DNA of 64,000 nt, taken from positions 31,992,001-32,056,000 of the forward strand of contig OX597830.1 in assembly GCA_951406725.2 (NCBI GenBank), read 5' to 3'. Positions 1 to 12,828 of this stretch are shown in pieces. The position numbers and the translations under genes are program-made. The notes below the pieces were generated by a model. That model worked only from the letters and a program-made list of their open reading frames with translations. It was not told the origin of the DNA and searched no databases. Numbering within the stretch: position 1 is the stretch's first letter; the number at the start of each line of letters is the position of its first letter. This DNA comes from Octopus vulgaris. Its lineage: Eukaryota.

Positions 1-81
1 AGCATGAAAGCAGACATTAAATGATAATGGTGATGATGATGTGTGGTTCCTTTCCTTACAACTTTACTTTGTTATATATAT

Positions 82-114
<33 letters not shown>

Positions 115-211
115 CATATATACATATATACATACATATATACATCTATCTATCTATATATATTTAAAAATGATGGACTTCCACACAGCCAGCAATCTCA
201 AGTGAAGAGTT

Positions 212-378
212 AGGTTGATTACATCAACCCCAATAATCAACTGGTACTTGTTCTATTGACTCCAGATGAATGAAAAGCAAAGTCGACCTCAGCAGAATTT
301 GAACCCAGAATGTATAGGTGGATCAAATGCTGCTCAGAATTTTGCCTTAAGTGCTAAGAATTTTACCAGCTTGCAGCT
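212..378 (-). mobile_element. SINE family B (tRNA-headed), degenerate copy
   Basis: Reverse complement of family B body (aaagcaaagtcgacctcagcagaatttgaac); matches the clean copy at 35254-35487. Confidence 0.75.
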
Positions 379-401
379 CTTAAATTTGGTAACAATATTA
401 A

Positions 402-546
402 TGCTGGTAGAACCATTAGCATGTCAGACAAAATACTCAACAACATTTCTTGGTACTCTTTTCATTGTGAGTTCAAATCCCACCAAGGTCAATTACACCC
501 TTCATCTCTTCTGGCTCAATAAAATACATACCTGTTAAGTACTGGG
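402..546 (+). mobile_element. SINE family B, degenerate copy
   Basis: gctggtagaaccattagc head, B-box gagttcaaatcc, aaggtcaattacacccttcatc; head-to-head with 212-378. Confidence 0.7.
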
Positions 547-659
547 TTATGGCTATCGTTAATCCACATCATACTGTAAGGAACATAGGGCCAATTTCCC
601 AGAATTTCTGGTGTATGCATATTCCTTGCTGGACGAGACACCAGTCACTTGAAGGTTTA

Positions 660-1058
660 CTCTTTTTTCTTTTTCTTGTTTCAGTCATTTTACTGTGGCT
701 ATGCTGGAGCACCGCCTTTAGTCGAACAAATCGACCCCAGGACTTATTCTTTGTAAGCCTAGTACTTATTCTATCAGTCTGTTTTGCCGAACCGCTAAGT
801 TACGGGGACGTTGTGAAGCGATGTTGGGGGGGACAAGCAAAAACACACAAACATATACACACACATACATATATGTATATATATATATATATATACATAT
901 ATATGAAGGGCTTCTTTCAGTTTCTGTCTACCAAATCCACTCACAAGGCTTTGGCCGGCCCGGGGCTATAGTAGACGACACTTGCCCAAGGTGACACACA
1001 GTGGGAATGAACCTGGAACTATGTGGTTGGTGAGCAAGCTACTTACCACACAAGCAGC
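660..1058 (-). mobile_element. SINE family A (tRNA-headed, internal TA/TG microsatellite), near full length
   Basis: Reverse complement of the 39189-39587 type: gctacttaccacac head, gacacttgcccaagg, cttgtttcagtca tail. Confidence 0.9.
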
Positions 1059-1159
1059 TAAGGAGAATGGAGTTACATGACATGACGTGTTTTGCTCAAA
1101 AACATAACGTATCACCCAGTCCAGGAATCGAATCCACAATCTTACAGTCATGGGTAAAG

Positions 1160-1405
1160 TAGGTTACCTTTTCGAATAATGCTAACTCATCAAGGCCCAT
1201 TTCCTGGTTTCATGGCATATATATACTCCACCTGGATGGGATGCTAGTCTGTTACAGGGTTACTCACTTTTGCCAGCTGAGTGGACTGGAGCAATGAGAA
1301 ATGAAGTGTTTTGCTCAAGGACACAATGCATCACCCAGTCCAGGAATTGAAACCACAATCTTACAATCATGAGTTCAACACTAACCACTATGCCATGCAC
1401 CTCCA
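1160..1405 (-). mobile_element. SINE family C (tRNA-headed)
   Basis: ttttgccagctgagtggactggagca...ttgctcaaggacacaatg...ctaaccacta; homologous to 5085-5340 and 26272-26457; extra fragment at ~1065-1150. Confidence 0.8.
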
Positions 1406-1656
1406 AGTACTGAGGTCAATGTCACCACATTAACTTCTCCCCTCATTCAGGTGATGCTGGGTTTGAACACTGCAACAGATCAGTGTCTCATTCAAGGGTG
1501 ATGTGGTGATGTCCATAACTTATACGCCACGGGTGCTGCATAAGTGGCCCTATGACTTCTAAGGCCGAAGCAATTAAATACATCACTAATGAGCAAAAAT
1601 AGTCATAGAACACAGGTTTTTACATGGTGAATGGGTGAGGAAACAGTCGATTATGT

Positions 1657-2062
1657 AGGAGTGGCTGTGTGCTAAGTAGCTTGCTTACCAACCACATGGT
1701 TCCGGGTTCAGTTCCACTACGTGGCACCTTGGGCAAGTGTCTTCTACTATAGTTTCGGGCTGACCAAAGCCTTGTGAATGGATTTGGTAGATGGAAACTG
1801 AAAGAAGCCCATCGCATATATGTATATATACATACATATATATATGTATGTGTGTGTGTATCTGTTTGTGTGTCTGTGTTTGTCCCCCCCAACATCGCTT
1901 GACAACCGATGCTGGTGTGTTACGTCCCCATAACTTAGAGACTGGTAGAATAAGTACTAGGCTTACAAAGAATAAGTCCTGAAGTTGATTTGCTCGACCA
2001 AAGGTGGTGCTCCAGCATGGGCACAGTCTAATGACAGAAACAAGTAAAAAAGTAAAAAGAGT
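1657..2062 (+). mobile_element. SINE family A, near full length
   Basis: A-box-like tggctgtgtgctaag, B-box-like ggttcagttcc, cttgggcaagtgtcttctactatag, tail aaacaagtaaaaaagtaaaaagag. Confidence 0.92.
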
Positions 2063-2258
2063 GAAAGATACCAGGATATTAATTGGTTGAGATGAACAGT
2101 AAGTTTGGTTGGCTTTAATCAGAATTGAACTCATAATGTAAACTGAAGTTAACTGTTATAAAGAAAAGACTTAAAAAAAAAGATTAAAGTAACCTTACAG
2201 TTAATGATGAAAGTGTTAAAATATAATGTGTTGCAAAAATCAGTGCATGCATTTATAT

Positions 2259-2299
<41 letters not shown>

Positions 2300-2402
2300 T
2301 TGTAAAAAATTTGCCCTGTTTATAATTATACCATATGCTACATATATATATATATATATACATATATGCCAATATATAAATAGCTACAAACATGTATATA
2401 TA

Positions 2403-2438
<36 letters not shown>

Positions 2439-3145
2439 TGTATCTATTTATGTATGTATGTATATATATATATAATTTTGACCGAGAATGATCAACTGAG
2501 CTAGAAATTTCTGGAAAAACAAGTATTTTATACTTTTATAATACACACACACACACAGAAAAAACATAGATTGATAGATATAGATATAGATATGAATATG
2601 TGTGTCTGTAGTTATGTGTTTGTATTTGTGTGTATGTGTGTATGTACGTGTGTGTGTATATATATATATATATATGCATGTATGTATGTATGTATATACA
2701 GAAACTCATACAGAGATATATACTATATATGCATACAAAAATGTATACATATGTCTATATGTATGTATGTCAACTTGTATGTATAGACGTATGTGTGTAT
2801 TTACAGTCTGGTGAAGAAATATTCAATTTAGCCAAATTCTACATTTCTGGTGGCAGACGTTATAATTACCGCAATAAATTGATTCTTTAATTTCTAATTT
2901 ATTTTTCTTTCTTTTTTTCATTTTTGCCTTTTTAATTTTTTTTTTAAATAATTGATTTCTGTTATCTTTGTATACGTGTTTATATATGTGTGTGTCTGAT
3001 TGCATATGCACATAAGCAGGCAAACGTGTGTGTGCACATGTGTGAGTGTGTGTGTGTGTGTGTCGATGTGTGTTAATATTGATTGTCTATAAGTAGGATA
3101 TTGATCTGATATGATCAATACTCATAACTACTTACCTGTTGTCTT

Positions 3146-3915
3146 TTAATCATCATCATCGTCATTAACAATCATTAACATCGTTATCTTTATCTTCGTC
3201 ACAATCATCACCAACCTCAGCCTCATCACCATCAACATCGCAATTATCATTATTATTGCTATTGCCATCATCACCACTATCACCATCATCATCATCATCG
3301 TCATCATCATCATCATCGTCATCATCGTCATCATCATTATCATCATCATCAACATCTTCGTCGCTGTCATTGTCATTGTTGTTATCATGTCATCATTATC
3401 ATGTCTTCCTCTTCTTCCTCCTCCCCCTCTTCTTATTCTTCTTCCTCTACCTCCTCCTCTTTCTCCTTCTTCTTCTTCCACTTTATCATTATCATCATTT
3501 TAATTACTATCTTCGCTGTTGTTGCCATTGTCTCTGCTGTCATCATCATCATCATCATCCACATCGTCCTCATTGTCATCACCAAAATCATCTTCAGCAT
3601 CCATGCACATTATCACTAACCTCATCAATCATTTACATCACACCAGCATTATAATCATAATCATCATCATCATGGTCATCATCATCAACATTGCTATCAT
3701 TTTCATCATCATAACCACCACTACCACCACCACCACCACCACCATCATCATCAACATCATCATCATCAACATCATCATCATCACCATCATCATCATCACC
3801 AACATGATCATCATGATCAACATTGCTATCATTACCACCACCACCACCACCACCACTACCACCACAACTACCACCACCACCACCACCACCACCACCATCA
3901 TCATCAACATCATAA
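3146..3915. repeat. Compound (ATC)n/(ACC)n/(TCT)n microsatellite field
   Basis: Directly visible trinucleotide runs. Confidence 0.9.
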
Positions 3916-4108
3916 TTTCCCATTGCTTGTCATCATTTCCATCCCATCAGTTCCCCACCTCCTATGAAAGTCAACTGTTATGCCACTAAGTTAAACGCCG
4001 CTACCCTTTGTGACCTTTGGCACCCTCCTTTAGCAGACTTTTCGCATATATTGAACTGATCAGCTCTTTTCCTTGCCAATCCTCCAACCAATCTTGGATG
4101 CCCTACAA

Positions 4109-4209
<101 letters not shown>

Positions 4210-4264
4210 TAATAATAATAATAATGATGATGATGATCATGATCATGGTCATGATGATAATAAA

Positions 4265-4798
4265 TGCTCTGATGCAATACCAGGCAATGGCTCTCGTGGT
4301 TTTTGATCTTAACTGACTGGAAGTGTTATCATGTACATTGTTTTGTCTTGGCATAAAAGATGGGCTACAGCAAATATTCTGCTCAATACCACAGATATGC
4401 TTGTCAGTTGTTTGACCTAAACCAGTTGAGCATGTCTCTTAGTGGCTGACAATATGTGCATCTCTGATCACAAGCAAAAGTAGTTGAGAGGAATTCTTTG
4501 GGGTTTGAATAATTCACCTCTGGAAACATGGGGGTTTCATTCAATATCCTTAAACAAAGCCTTATTCAAGAACTTTTTGAGCGGGATGGGCTACTCAACC
4601 AGAAGAAAATTCTAACTGGGCCCCCACCTGCAAGGTAATGCGCTGTTTTTCTTGATATAAAATCACCATGTTGTGCACATATGGTTGTGATGCATGTGCC
4701 TGGTGTGCCCTTATCAGATAAGTAGTCATGATGGGTATACTGGGCTTCGTATGTTTTACCTCAATATCACTTTGATGGAATGCACTGTTCACTCTCAA
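4265..4798 (+). mobile_element. Family E: ~540 bp non-coding interspersed element inside a (TAA)n array
   Basis: Reverse-complement match to 45751-46301 and 44325-44590; (TAA)n on both sides. Confidence 0.85.
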
Positions 4799-4800
4799 TT

Positions 4801-4858
<58 letters not shown>

Positions 4859-4875
4859 CAATAATACTAATAATA

Positions 4876-4916
<41 letters not shown>

Positions 4917-5084
4917 ATTAATAATAACAATAATGATAATAATAATAATAATAAATGAATAAATAGAAGTAAAATAAAATAAATTTGCTTCTGTTCCATT
5001 TAGTAATAATTCTTTTGCATCCACAAGGCCATAAATTTGTGGGGATGGGGCCAGTCAATTACACTGACCCCAGTGCTCAGCTGT

Positions 5085-5340
5085 GGAGATTCATGGCTTA
5101 GTGGTTAGGGTGTTGGACTCATGACCATAAGATCATGGTTTCGATTCTTTGACTGGGTGATGCATTATGTTCTTGAGTAAAACACTTTATTTCACGTTGC
5201 TTCAGTCCCCTCAGCTGGCAAAAATGAGTAACCCTGCAATAGACTAGCATCCCATCCAGGTGGGGATTATATACGCCATAGAAATCAGGAAACTGGTCAT
5301 TATGGGTCGACATGACTTGAAAAGGTAACCGTTACCTTTT
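5085..5340 (+). mobile_element. SINE family C inserted into a family B copy
   Basis: A-box tggcttagtggttag, B-box gtttcgattc, ttcttgagtaaaacactttatttcac; family B (-) pieces on both sides (5022-5080, 5350-5500). Confidence 0.8.
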
Positions 5341-5349
5341 TTTTTTATA

Positions 5350-5975
5350 ACCAGTGCTCAAGTGGTTCATATTTCATCAACCCCAAAATGATGAAAGTTA
5401 AGATCAGCCTAGGCAGCAGTTGAACTCAGGACGTAAAGCTGGAAGACATGCTGTTATTTTGCCAGGCACATTAAGGATTCTTCTGCTAGCTTGCTGCCTT
5501 CTTCCACAAAGAAATAATCCTTTCTACAATAGGCACAAGGCCTGAAATTTGGCAGAGGGGGATTATTGATTTCATTGCCAACCCCCTTCCCCAGTGCTCA
5601 ACTGGTACTTATTTTATCGACCCTGAAAGGATGAAGGGCAAAATCAACCTCAGTGGAATTTTGAACTCAGAATGTGAAGATGGATGAAATGCTGTTAACA
5701 ATTCCATCAGCTCACCACGTTCTTCCACTGAGTAATAACGGTTCTAAGTTTTGGTACAACACCAGCAATTTTAGGGGAGGAATTAGGTGGGTAAATTGAC
5801 CCTGTGCTCTATTGGTATTTATTTTTTTTTACCCTCCCCTCCCTCACCAAAAGGACGAAGAGTATTTCCACTGTGGTTAACCTTATCACGGTGGAAATTT
5901 TACTTAGAATGTAAACAACCAGAAGCAATGGTGTTAAGCATTTTGCCTCGCATGCTAATGATTCAGCCAGGAGCG
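5350..5975 (-). mobile_element. Cluster of three degenerate SINE family B copies
   Basis: Repeated ctggtacttattttatcgaccctgaaaggatga...tttgaactcag modules at ~5350-5500, 5515-5720 and 5745-5975. Confidence 0.7.
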
Positions 5976-6039
5976 GGACGAGGGAGTGGTCACCTTCTTG
6001 GATAAGTAGTAATACAGTGTTGTTGTTAATTTTTACCAA

Positions 6040-6425
6040 AGAGGGGGAGGGGGAGGAGGACGAGGAGGAGGAGGCGGAAGAGGAGCACAAGGAGGTGGAG
6101 GAGTATGAAGATGTGGAGGGTAAGGGGTGGAGGAGATAAACTGCAAGAAGGAGGAGGTGGGGTGATAGAGGAGGAGGAAGAGAAAAAGTGCATGAATATG
6201 GAGGAGGAGGAGGAGGAGGAGGTGGAAGAGGAGGAAGGAGGAGAAGGAAGAAAAGAGGAGGAGGAAGAAAGAGGAGGAGAAGGAAGAAAGAGGAGAAGGA
6301 AGAAAGGGGAGGAGAAGGAAGAAAAGACAAAAGAGGAGAAGAAAGAAAAGAAGAAAGAGGAGGAGAAAGAAGAAGAGGAGAAGGATGAAAGAGGAGGAGA
6401 AGGAAGAAAGAGGAGGAGAAGGAAC
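6040..6425. repeat. Polypurine (GAG/GAA)n tract
   Basis: Nearly pure A/G on the + strand. Confidence 0.9.
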
Positions 6426-6830
6426 ACTGACATTGGAGCTCCCTGCTGGATCTTGGTATAAGTTAAATAAATTATGGCTGAGGGGCCCGCAATCCACAAG
6501 ACTCCTCAAATAATCCTTTCTATAATAGAGGTCGACTTTGCCTTTCATCCTTTCGGACCTGAAATTTCTGTAGCAAAGTGTTAAAAAAATATATTGTATA
6601 ATCACATCTGGAAAGTATTCACACGATGAAGTTTTGGTACTGAAAAACAGAAAGATGAGCACCAAATGAAGAAATTTCATAGCAATGTCTGTGTACAGAG
6701 TGTAGGAAAATTAGGGGCTTGTCAACATCAAAAATCAGCTTGAAAAAAAGATATGGGAAACTAGAAGTCCAGTCTTTATCAATTTCGTATCTTATCTAAA
6801 TTAACTATTGCTTAACCATTTTCTCACACT

Positions 6831-6878
6831 GTCTCCGAAGAAGGGATATAATAAATATCCTAGAAACGGCTGTAAGAC
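6831..6878 (+). ncRNA. Minimal type I hammerhead-like motif with mutated core (CCGAAGA)
   Basis: GTCT-CCGAAGA-AGGGATAT..ATATCCTA-GAAAC-GGCT-GTA-AGAC; same ~150 bp family as 20320-20367. Confidence 0.65.
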
Positions 6879-7091
6879 CTTCTATTTATAAATGTTCTAA
6901 AATCTACACACCTTGGTCTTTTATCTCATTATGGGAAAAAAATTTTTATATACACACGCTGATACATGACCTACGTTGGACCCCTTATTCATATAATCAC
7001 CAAACATGGAACTTAACTATGGTCTATCCATAGCACTTATTCAGCATTACTTGACACCTTTGGGTCTCATTGACACCATTACCTATCATAA

Positions 7092-7126
<35 letters not shown>

Positions 7127-7130
7127 TTAT

Positions 7131-7425
7131 ATTTAAAGTATAATTATAAAAATATGATTATAATTGAGGGCACTGGAGGGACAGTGCCTGTGCACTAGAA
7201 ATAGATGTCAAACAACTACAAAGCACATCAGTTAGCACTCCATTTAACACAAGGCTGTATGTGAGGGAAATGGACAGAAAGGATTTATTTAAAATATCAT
7301 GTTTTGCAATACTAAAATTGCTTTAAGTGGTTTGTAATCATTTGACATCTATTTCTAGTGTACAGGCACTGTCCCTCAAGTACCCTTAATTATAATTATA
7401 TTTTTACAATTATACTTTAAATGTT
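7131..7425. repeat. Inverted repeat, ~95 bp arms, next to (TA)n
   Basis: gagggacagtgcctgtgcactagaaatagatgtcaaa versus tttgacatctatttctagtgtacaggcactgtccctc. Confidence 0.85.
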
Positions 7426-7511
7426 AATTTAACCCATATATAGTTCTTTGTATGTTGGGCACTGATAAATCATTAATTAATGACTTTATCCTAATTGTGC
7501 ATAAATATATT

Positions 7512-7750
7512 TTTATAAGTCAGGTACTTATTCTATCAATCTCTTTTGCCAAACTGCTAGGTTACAAGGATGTAACAAACCAACATCAGATCTCAAAGGA
7601 CGGGGTAAGGACACACACACACACATACACACATGCACACACACATGCTATATGCTTGCACACAGTTTGTCAACCAAATTCACTCACAAGGTATTGGCCA
7701 ACCTAGAAACACTTGCCCAAGGTGCCATGCAATGTGACAGCTGAACCCAA
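7512..7750 (-). mobile_element. SINE family A, degenerate
   Basis: tacttattctatcaatctcttttgccaaactgctag...cacttgcccaaggtgccatgca. Confidence 0.7.
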
Positions 7751-9384
7751 AGCAGAAAGCAAGAGAGAGACAGAGAGAGAAAGGAAGAGAAGGTCATGGC
7801 TGGAATGCCTTTGATTATGGATGAATCAGCTTTATCAGAACCAAGAAATTGAACTGCAAAATGAAAAATTAGCATCCCTAACACTTAGAAATAAAACAAT
7901 AAAATAACGCCCCCAAAACCCCTAACATTTCCAACCCTTAGTTCAAATAATAATTTCTTTCTAACAATCATTTATTTTGGCTTAAGGAGTAAACCCCTTC
8001 TTCCCTTCAGTTCTCTGCCATGGTAAATAATTTGACTAAAATGGCTTCACGAGAAATTAGTTACCAAAAATAAAATTGCAATTTTCAGGCTGGATGTAAA
8101 TCAAAGATTAGGAAGGTCAAAGGTTACATAATAATCAAGTCATTTACTCTAAGTGGCACTAAATGGTTGTCATAATTAGCAGACAATTCTGACGTTAATT
8201 ACTCCGATTTCTTTCACACACACACACACACAAACACACGCACACACACACACATGCATGCCTACATAACCCCTCTCTCCTTTATTTACCCGCTCTCCCT
8301 CTGGCTGTCTCTCATCTCTCTCTGTCTGTTTCTATCTTGCCCGCTGCTTTCTCTTTTGCTCACATACATAAAGATATAGATACTTATATATATATGTGTG
8401 TGTGTGTGTGTATATATATATATAGATATAGATAGATAGATATATATATATAGATATATATATATGCATATATATGTATATACAGTATATACATTCATGT
8501 ATATATGTAAATGTATATGTATGTATATATATATATATGTATGTGTGTGTATCGTGATTTATGTATGCACACACACACATACATATATACATATATATTT
8601 ATATATATACATATTATTTATACATATATATTAGATTATGTAATATATATATATATATATATATACGTGTGTATGTGCGTATGTGTGTGTATGCATCTAT
8701 ATCTATACATATGTTCCTATACACATATACTACATAAATAATATACATAAATATATATAAACGTATATAAGCCGATAGGTAAATATAGATGTATAGACAA
8801 CTATACACACATACACACACATACGCATACTCAATAAAGAAACCATTCACACTTATCTACATTCCCTAAAATATGACTTCAAGCTAGAGTGACCACATAC
8901 ACACAGACAGAAACGCACACACACATACACTCATACACACATATATATATGTATACATATGCATACACTAATTATTAATTGACCATTAAACGCACACACA
9001 CATGTACACTCACACTGTCTACTTTTTGAACAGTTAATCACACACACAGACATTTTCATTCAACTGACCATACACATATACACACACACACACACATACA
9101 CTCAAGCCATCTAAATGACCAGCACCTCCTCCACACTCCACCTAATGACCCTCCCACCCTCCACTCCATATCATCCTCGACTATAGCTTCCGTCACCCTA
9201 AACTCTCTCTCACCCCCACCCCCAACTCCTCACTCCACCCATCCGCCTACCCCCCCCAACACTACCTTCACTGACCACTATGTTAAGCCATACCTTATAC
9301 TGTCCTGTGGTCATCATATTAACTGACCCCATATAACCTTCATTAATTTTGCCGTGATTAACAAATTTTATAGCAAAATGGCGG

Positions 9385-9960
9385 GCCTAGAGGTACTGGT
9401 GGTGGTGGTAGCAGCGGAGGTAATGGTGGTGCTGGTAGTGGTAGTGATAGTGGTGGTGATAGTGTTGGTAATGGTAGTGATAGTAGTGGTGATGGTGGTG
9501 ATGGTGGTGATGGAGATAATGGGGGTGCTGTTGTTGGTGGTGGTGATAACAGTGGTGGTAGTTGTAGTCATCATCGTCATGGTTGTGATAGTGGTAGTGG
9601 TGGTGGTGGTGGTGGGTGGTGGTGGTGGTGGTGGTGGTGGTTGTAATGGTGGAGGTAGCTCTGCTGCCAGTGATGTGGAGGTGAAAGCGTTGATTGTGGT
9701 GTTGATGGTTGTTATGGTGGTAGTGGTCGTGGTGGTCATCATCATTGCCGCCATGGTCATGGTGACAATGATAGTGGTGCTGGTGGTGATGGTGGGGAGA
9801 GTGTTGTTGATAGTGTGATGACATTGGTGGAGGTGGTAGTTGTGGCAACGATGGTGGTGTCTGTTGTGTCGGTGGTGATGATGATGGAGGTGGTGGTGGT
9901 GGTGGCAGTGGTGGTGGTGGTGGTAGTGGTAGTTTTAGTACATTTGGTAATAGTGGTAGG
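9385..9960. repeat. Degenerate (GGT)n/(GAT)n field
   Basis: Direct inspection. Confidence 0.85.
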
Positions 9961-10324
9961 TTAAGTAATTCTAGCAGTATAGTTGTTGTTGTTGTTATTG
10001 TTGTTATAGTTAGACCGCCAAATAAACTTTGAAAATGCAGAACTTGTAATCAAATGCTTTCCAATTGTGACCACCCACCCTGCCAGGTTTTCTGAGATAT
10101 TGCAAAACCAGAAACACCACAATCTGCTTTGTAAATAAATATATTATTCTTATATTCCTTTACTTGTTTCAATCAGTGGTCTGCTTAGGCATGGGATACT
10201 GATAATCTGGCAATGCATAACACTCTGTTAGGAGTGAACTGCAGCGGCAGCAGAAACAGCTGTAAGCTAATGAAGTGCACTGTATAATTTCCTGTTACTT
10301 TGTCATTTATTTAATTTCTTATTC

Positions 10325-10572
10325 TTTTATTGTTTTACTTGCTTCAGTCATTTGGATGTGGCCATGCTGGAGCACCACATTAGAGGGTGCTAGTCAAAAA
10401 TATCAACCCTAGGACTTATTCTTTATAAGCCTAGTACTTATTCTATTGGTCTCTTTTGCCAAATGGCTAAGCCACAGGGACATAAAGGAACCAGCAGCAG
10501 TTGTCAAGCAATGGTGATGGGGACAAACACAGATACATGCACACAAATATATACATACATACATACATGCAT

Positions 10573-10600
<28 letters not shown>
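10325..10600 (-). mobile_element. SINE family A, 3' half
   Basis: gccatgctggagcacc...ggacttattctttataagcctagtacttattctat. Confidence 0.8.
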
Positions 10601-10603
<3 letters not shown>

Positions 10604-11093
10604 ATATTTTATTCTCCAATTTGAAGTGACAATTTTTTAGTATCAACAAACGACTGAAAAATGATGAGTTAAACCCAGCCAGAATCGAATCCACAAATCA
10701 ATGCTAACCTGGCTTCTTGTGGATCCGATTGGGCCATCAAATGCTCAGCCATCAATATTAGTCAAATTTAGTTGATATATACTTAAACTGTCTAATACTA
10801 CATATAACATATGTAAACAAAATTTGTAAGTTATGGAGAGAAAGCTACTCTGGAAGACTCACATATATATAAACATTCTGGCTGATGTCTGTCCATTTTG
10901 TATCTTCTCTACTTTCTTATTTGCCGTATAAATCAAGGGTAAACCACTTTTTACCCCAGCCCATATATGACACTCAATTGCAAGCTTGCCACACAATAAC
11001 TAGCACCTGGGTATGAATAGTTCAGTACACTAACAGCAGCATATTGGCTAGATACTATCCCTTGGTTGGTTTCCCAACCTCTAACTCACACAG

Positions 11094-11145
<52 letters not shown>

Positions 11146-11230
11146 GAAATTTACATAAAAACAAAAGATGAAGATAGGTGTGTGAACAACAAGCAGGTGT
11201 ATTACTTTGATTCGCAGGAAAGTGAGAAAG

Positions 11231-11268
11231 TCTTTTACATTTCGAGCCTATGCTCTTCGACAGAAAAG
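11231..11268 (-). ncRNA. Hammerhead-like motif, CUGUCGA core variant
   Basis: Reverse complement CTTTT-CTGTCGA-AGAGC-ATAG-GCTC-GAAAT-GTA-AAAGA; in an ~190 bp repeat beside (TA)n (11140-11330). Confidence 0.5.
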
Positions 11269-11344
11269 AATATGTGGAAATAAACAGAGCGAGATTAAAA
11301 AACTTGTGGATTTAGCAATTAATCATGGCAATATATATTTATCC

Positions 11345-11418
<74 letters not shown>

Positions 11419-11520
11419 ATATATATATATATATATATATAATTGCAGCGTGGAAGGTGTTTGTAAGCCATTTAAGAAACACACAAAAGCCATTCAATTC
11501 ACTTCAACATTTAAGTTTAA

Positions 11521-11570
11521 TTTGTCAAAATATTCTCGTCGCTAAAATCCGCGACCTGTTCACTGACAAA
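11521..11570 (-). ncRNA. Hammerhead-like motif, G3-C8 core variant
   Basis: Reverse complement TTTGTCA-GTGAACA-G-GTCGC-GGATTTTA-GCGAC-GAGA-ATAT-TT-TGACAAA; 7 bp stem I, 5 bp stem II. Confidence 0.55.
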
Positions 11571-11579
11571 AATCCGTGC

Positions 11580-11647
<68 letters not shown>

Positions 11648-11649
11648 TA

Positions 11650-11872
11650 TATATTTGTGTGTGCATTTGTGTTTGGCCCCCACCTTTGCTTGACAACCAA
11701 TGCCAGTGTGTTTATGTCCCTGTAGCTTAGCAGTTTGCCAAAAGAGATCAATAGAATAAGTACTAAGCTTACAAAGAAGAAGCCCTGTGGGCGATTTCTT
11801 TGACTAAAACCCTTGAGGGCGGTTCTCCAACATGGTCACCGTGAAAAGTGAGTGAAACAAGTAAAAGAATAC
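11650..11872 (+). mobile_element. SINE family A, 3' half
   Basis: ttgacaacc...gcaaaagagatcaatagaataagtact...gaaacaagtaaaagaa. Confidence 0.8.
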
Positions 11873-12828
11873 AGGAATATTTATCTATGTGTGCTGGCTA
11901 GACTTAGAGGTTAGGGTTAAGTTTAAGGTTAGGGTAAGGGTTAAGGTGATAATGACAAGGATGAGGGTGGCATGAGGGCAAGAGCAAGAAGTATTTCTTG
12001 TACCCAAAGTCAGCAAAAGGTAAAAAGAATCTATAGCTTGTTTGTACTTTAGATATAAGAAAAAAGGGGTATAACAGTTATATATTTATTTTTGTTTCTG
12101 GCAAGAGTAGGGAGCTGTATTTATTTGTTCAGAGATTAACAAGGAACCGGAGAGGAGGTAGAAGGGAGAGGAGCAGTCTGACAGAGCACAGGAACAAAAT
12201 GTTTCCTCAGCCTTCTCACTTTCCTCTAATCTGCTTGCTCCTGTCTCACTATTTTTCTTCCCACCCACCCACCCCAGCAATAAAACACATCAGTCTGCTT
12301 TTCCTCCCACCCTTATTCCACCCTTTTCTTCTATTTATTTCTATTATACATTTTATTTGATGGGTAGAAAGGTGGAAGAAGTATGGTGGTATGCAGGAAT
12401 TTGAAGAGATGTTGTGGTTTGGGTGGGGGTGGTGGGGTTTTTTAATTTTTATTTTATTTTATTTTATTTTATTTTGTCTGTTTTTATCTAGAATTATTTT
12501 GTTGTGTTGGCACATGGTGAAAGAGATTGGTTACATGTGTACGTGCATATACAAGTGTATGTGTGTATGTGTGTGTGTTTGTGCTTGTGTATGTGTGTGT
12601 GCATATGTGAGCGTGAATGTGTGTGTATGTCTCAGTGCATGTGTGCACATGCAAGTGTGTGTGAGTGCGTGTGTGCATGTGTGTGGACGCAGCATGGTTG
12701 AATAGTTGAGATCTTTTCACAACCATGAAATTCCAATGTTGGTCCCATTGTGTGTCATCTTGGTTGGGTGTCATCTAGCATGACTTCAGGTCAACTCAAG
12801 TTTTGTGATTGAAACTTGAGCTGACAGA

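Noticed and set aside
9120-9270. C-rich tract with G-quadruplex potential (also ~31240-31300)
   Set aside because: Low-complexity sequence that is common in this window; no evidence of function.
11904-11946. Telomere-like TTAGGG run
   Set aside because: Only two exact units among degenerate hexamers; too short to call an interstitial telomere.
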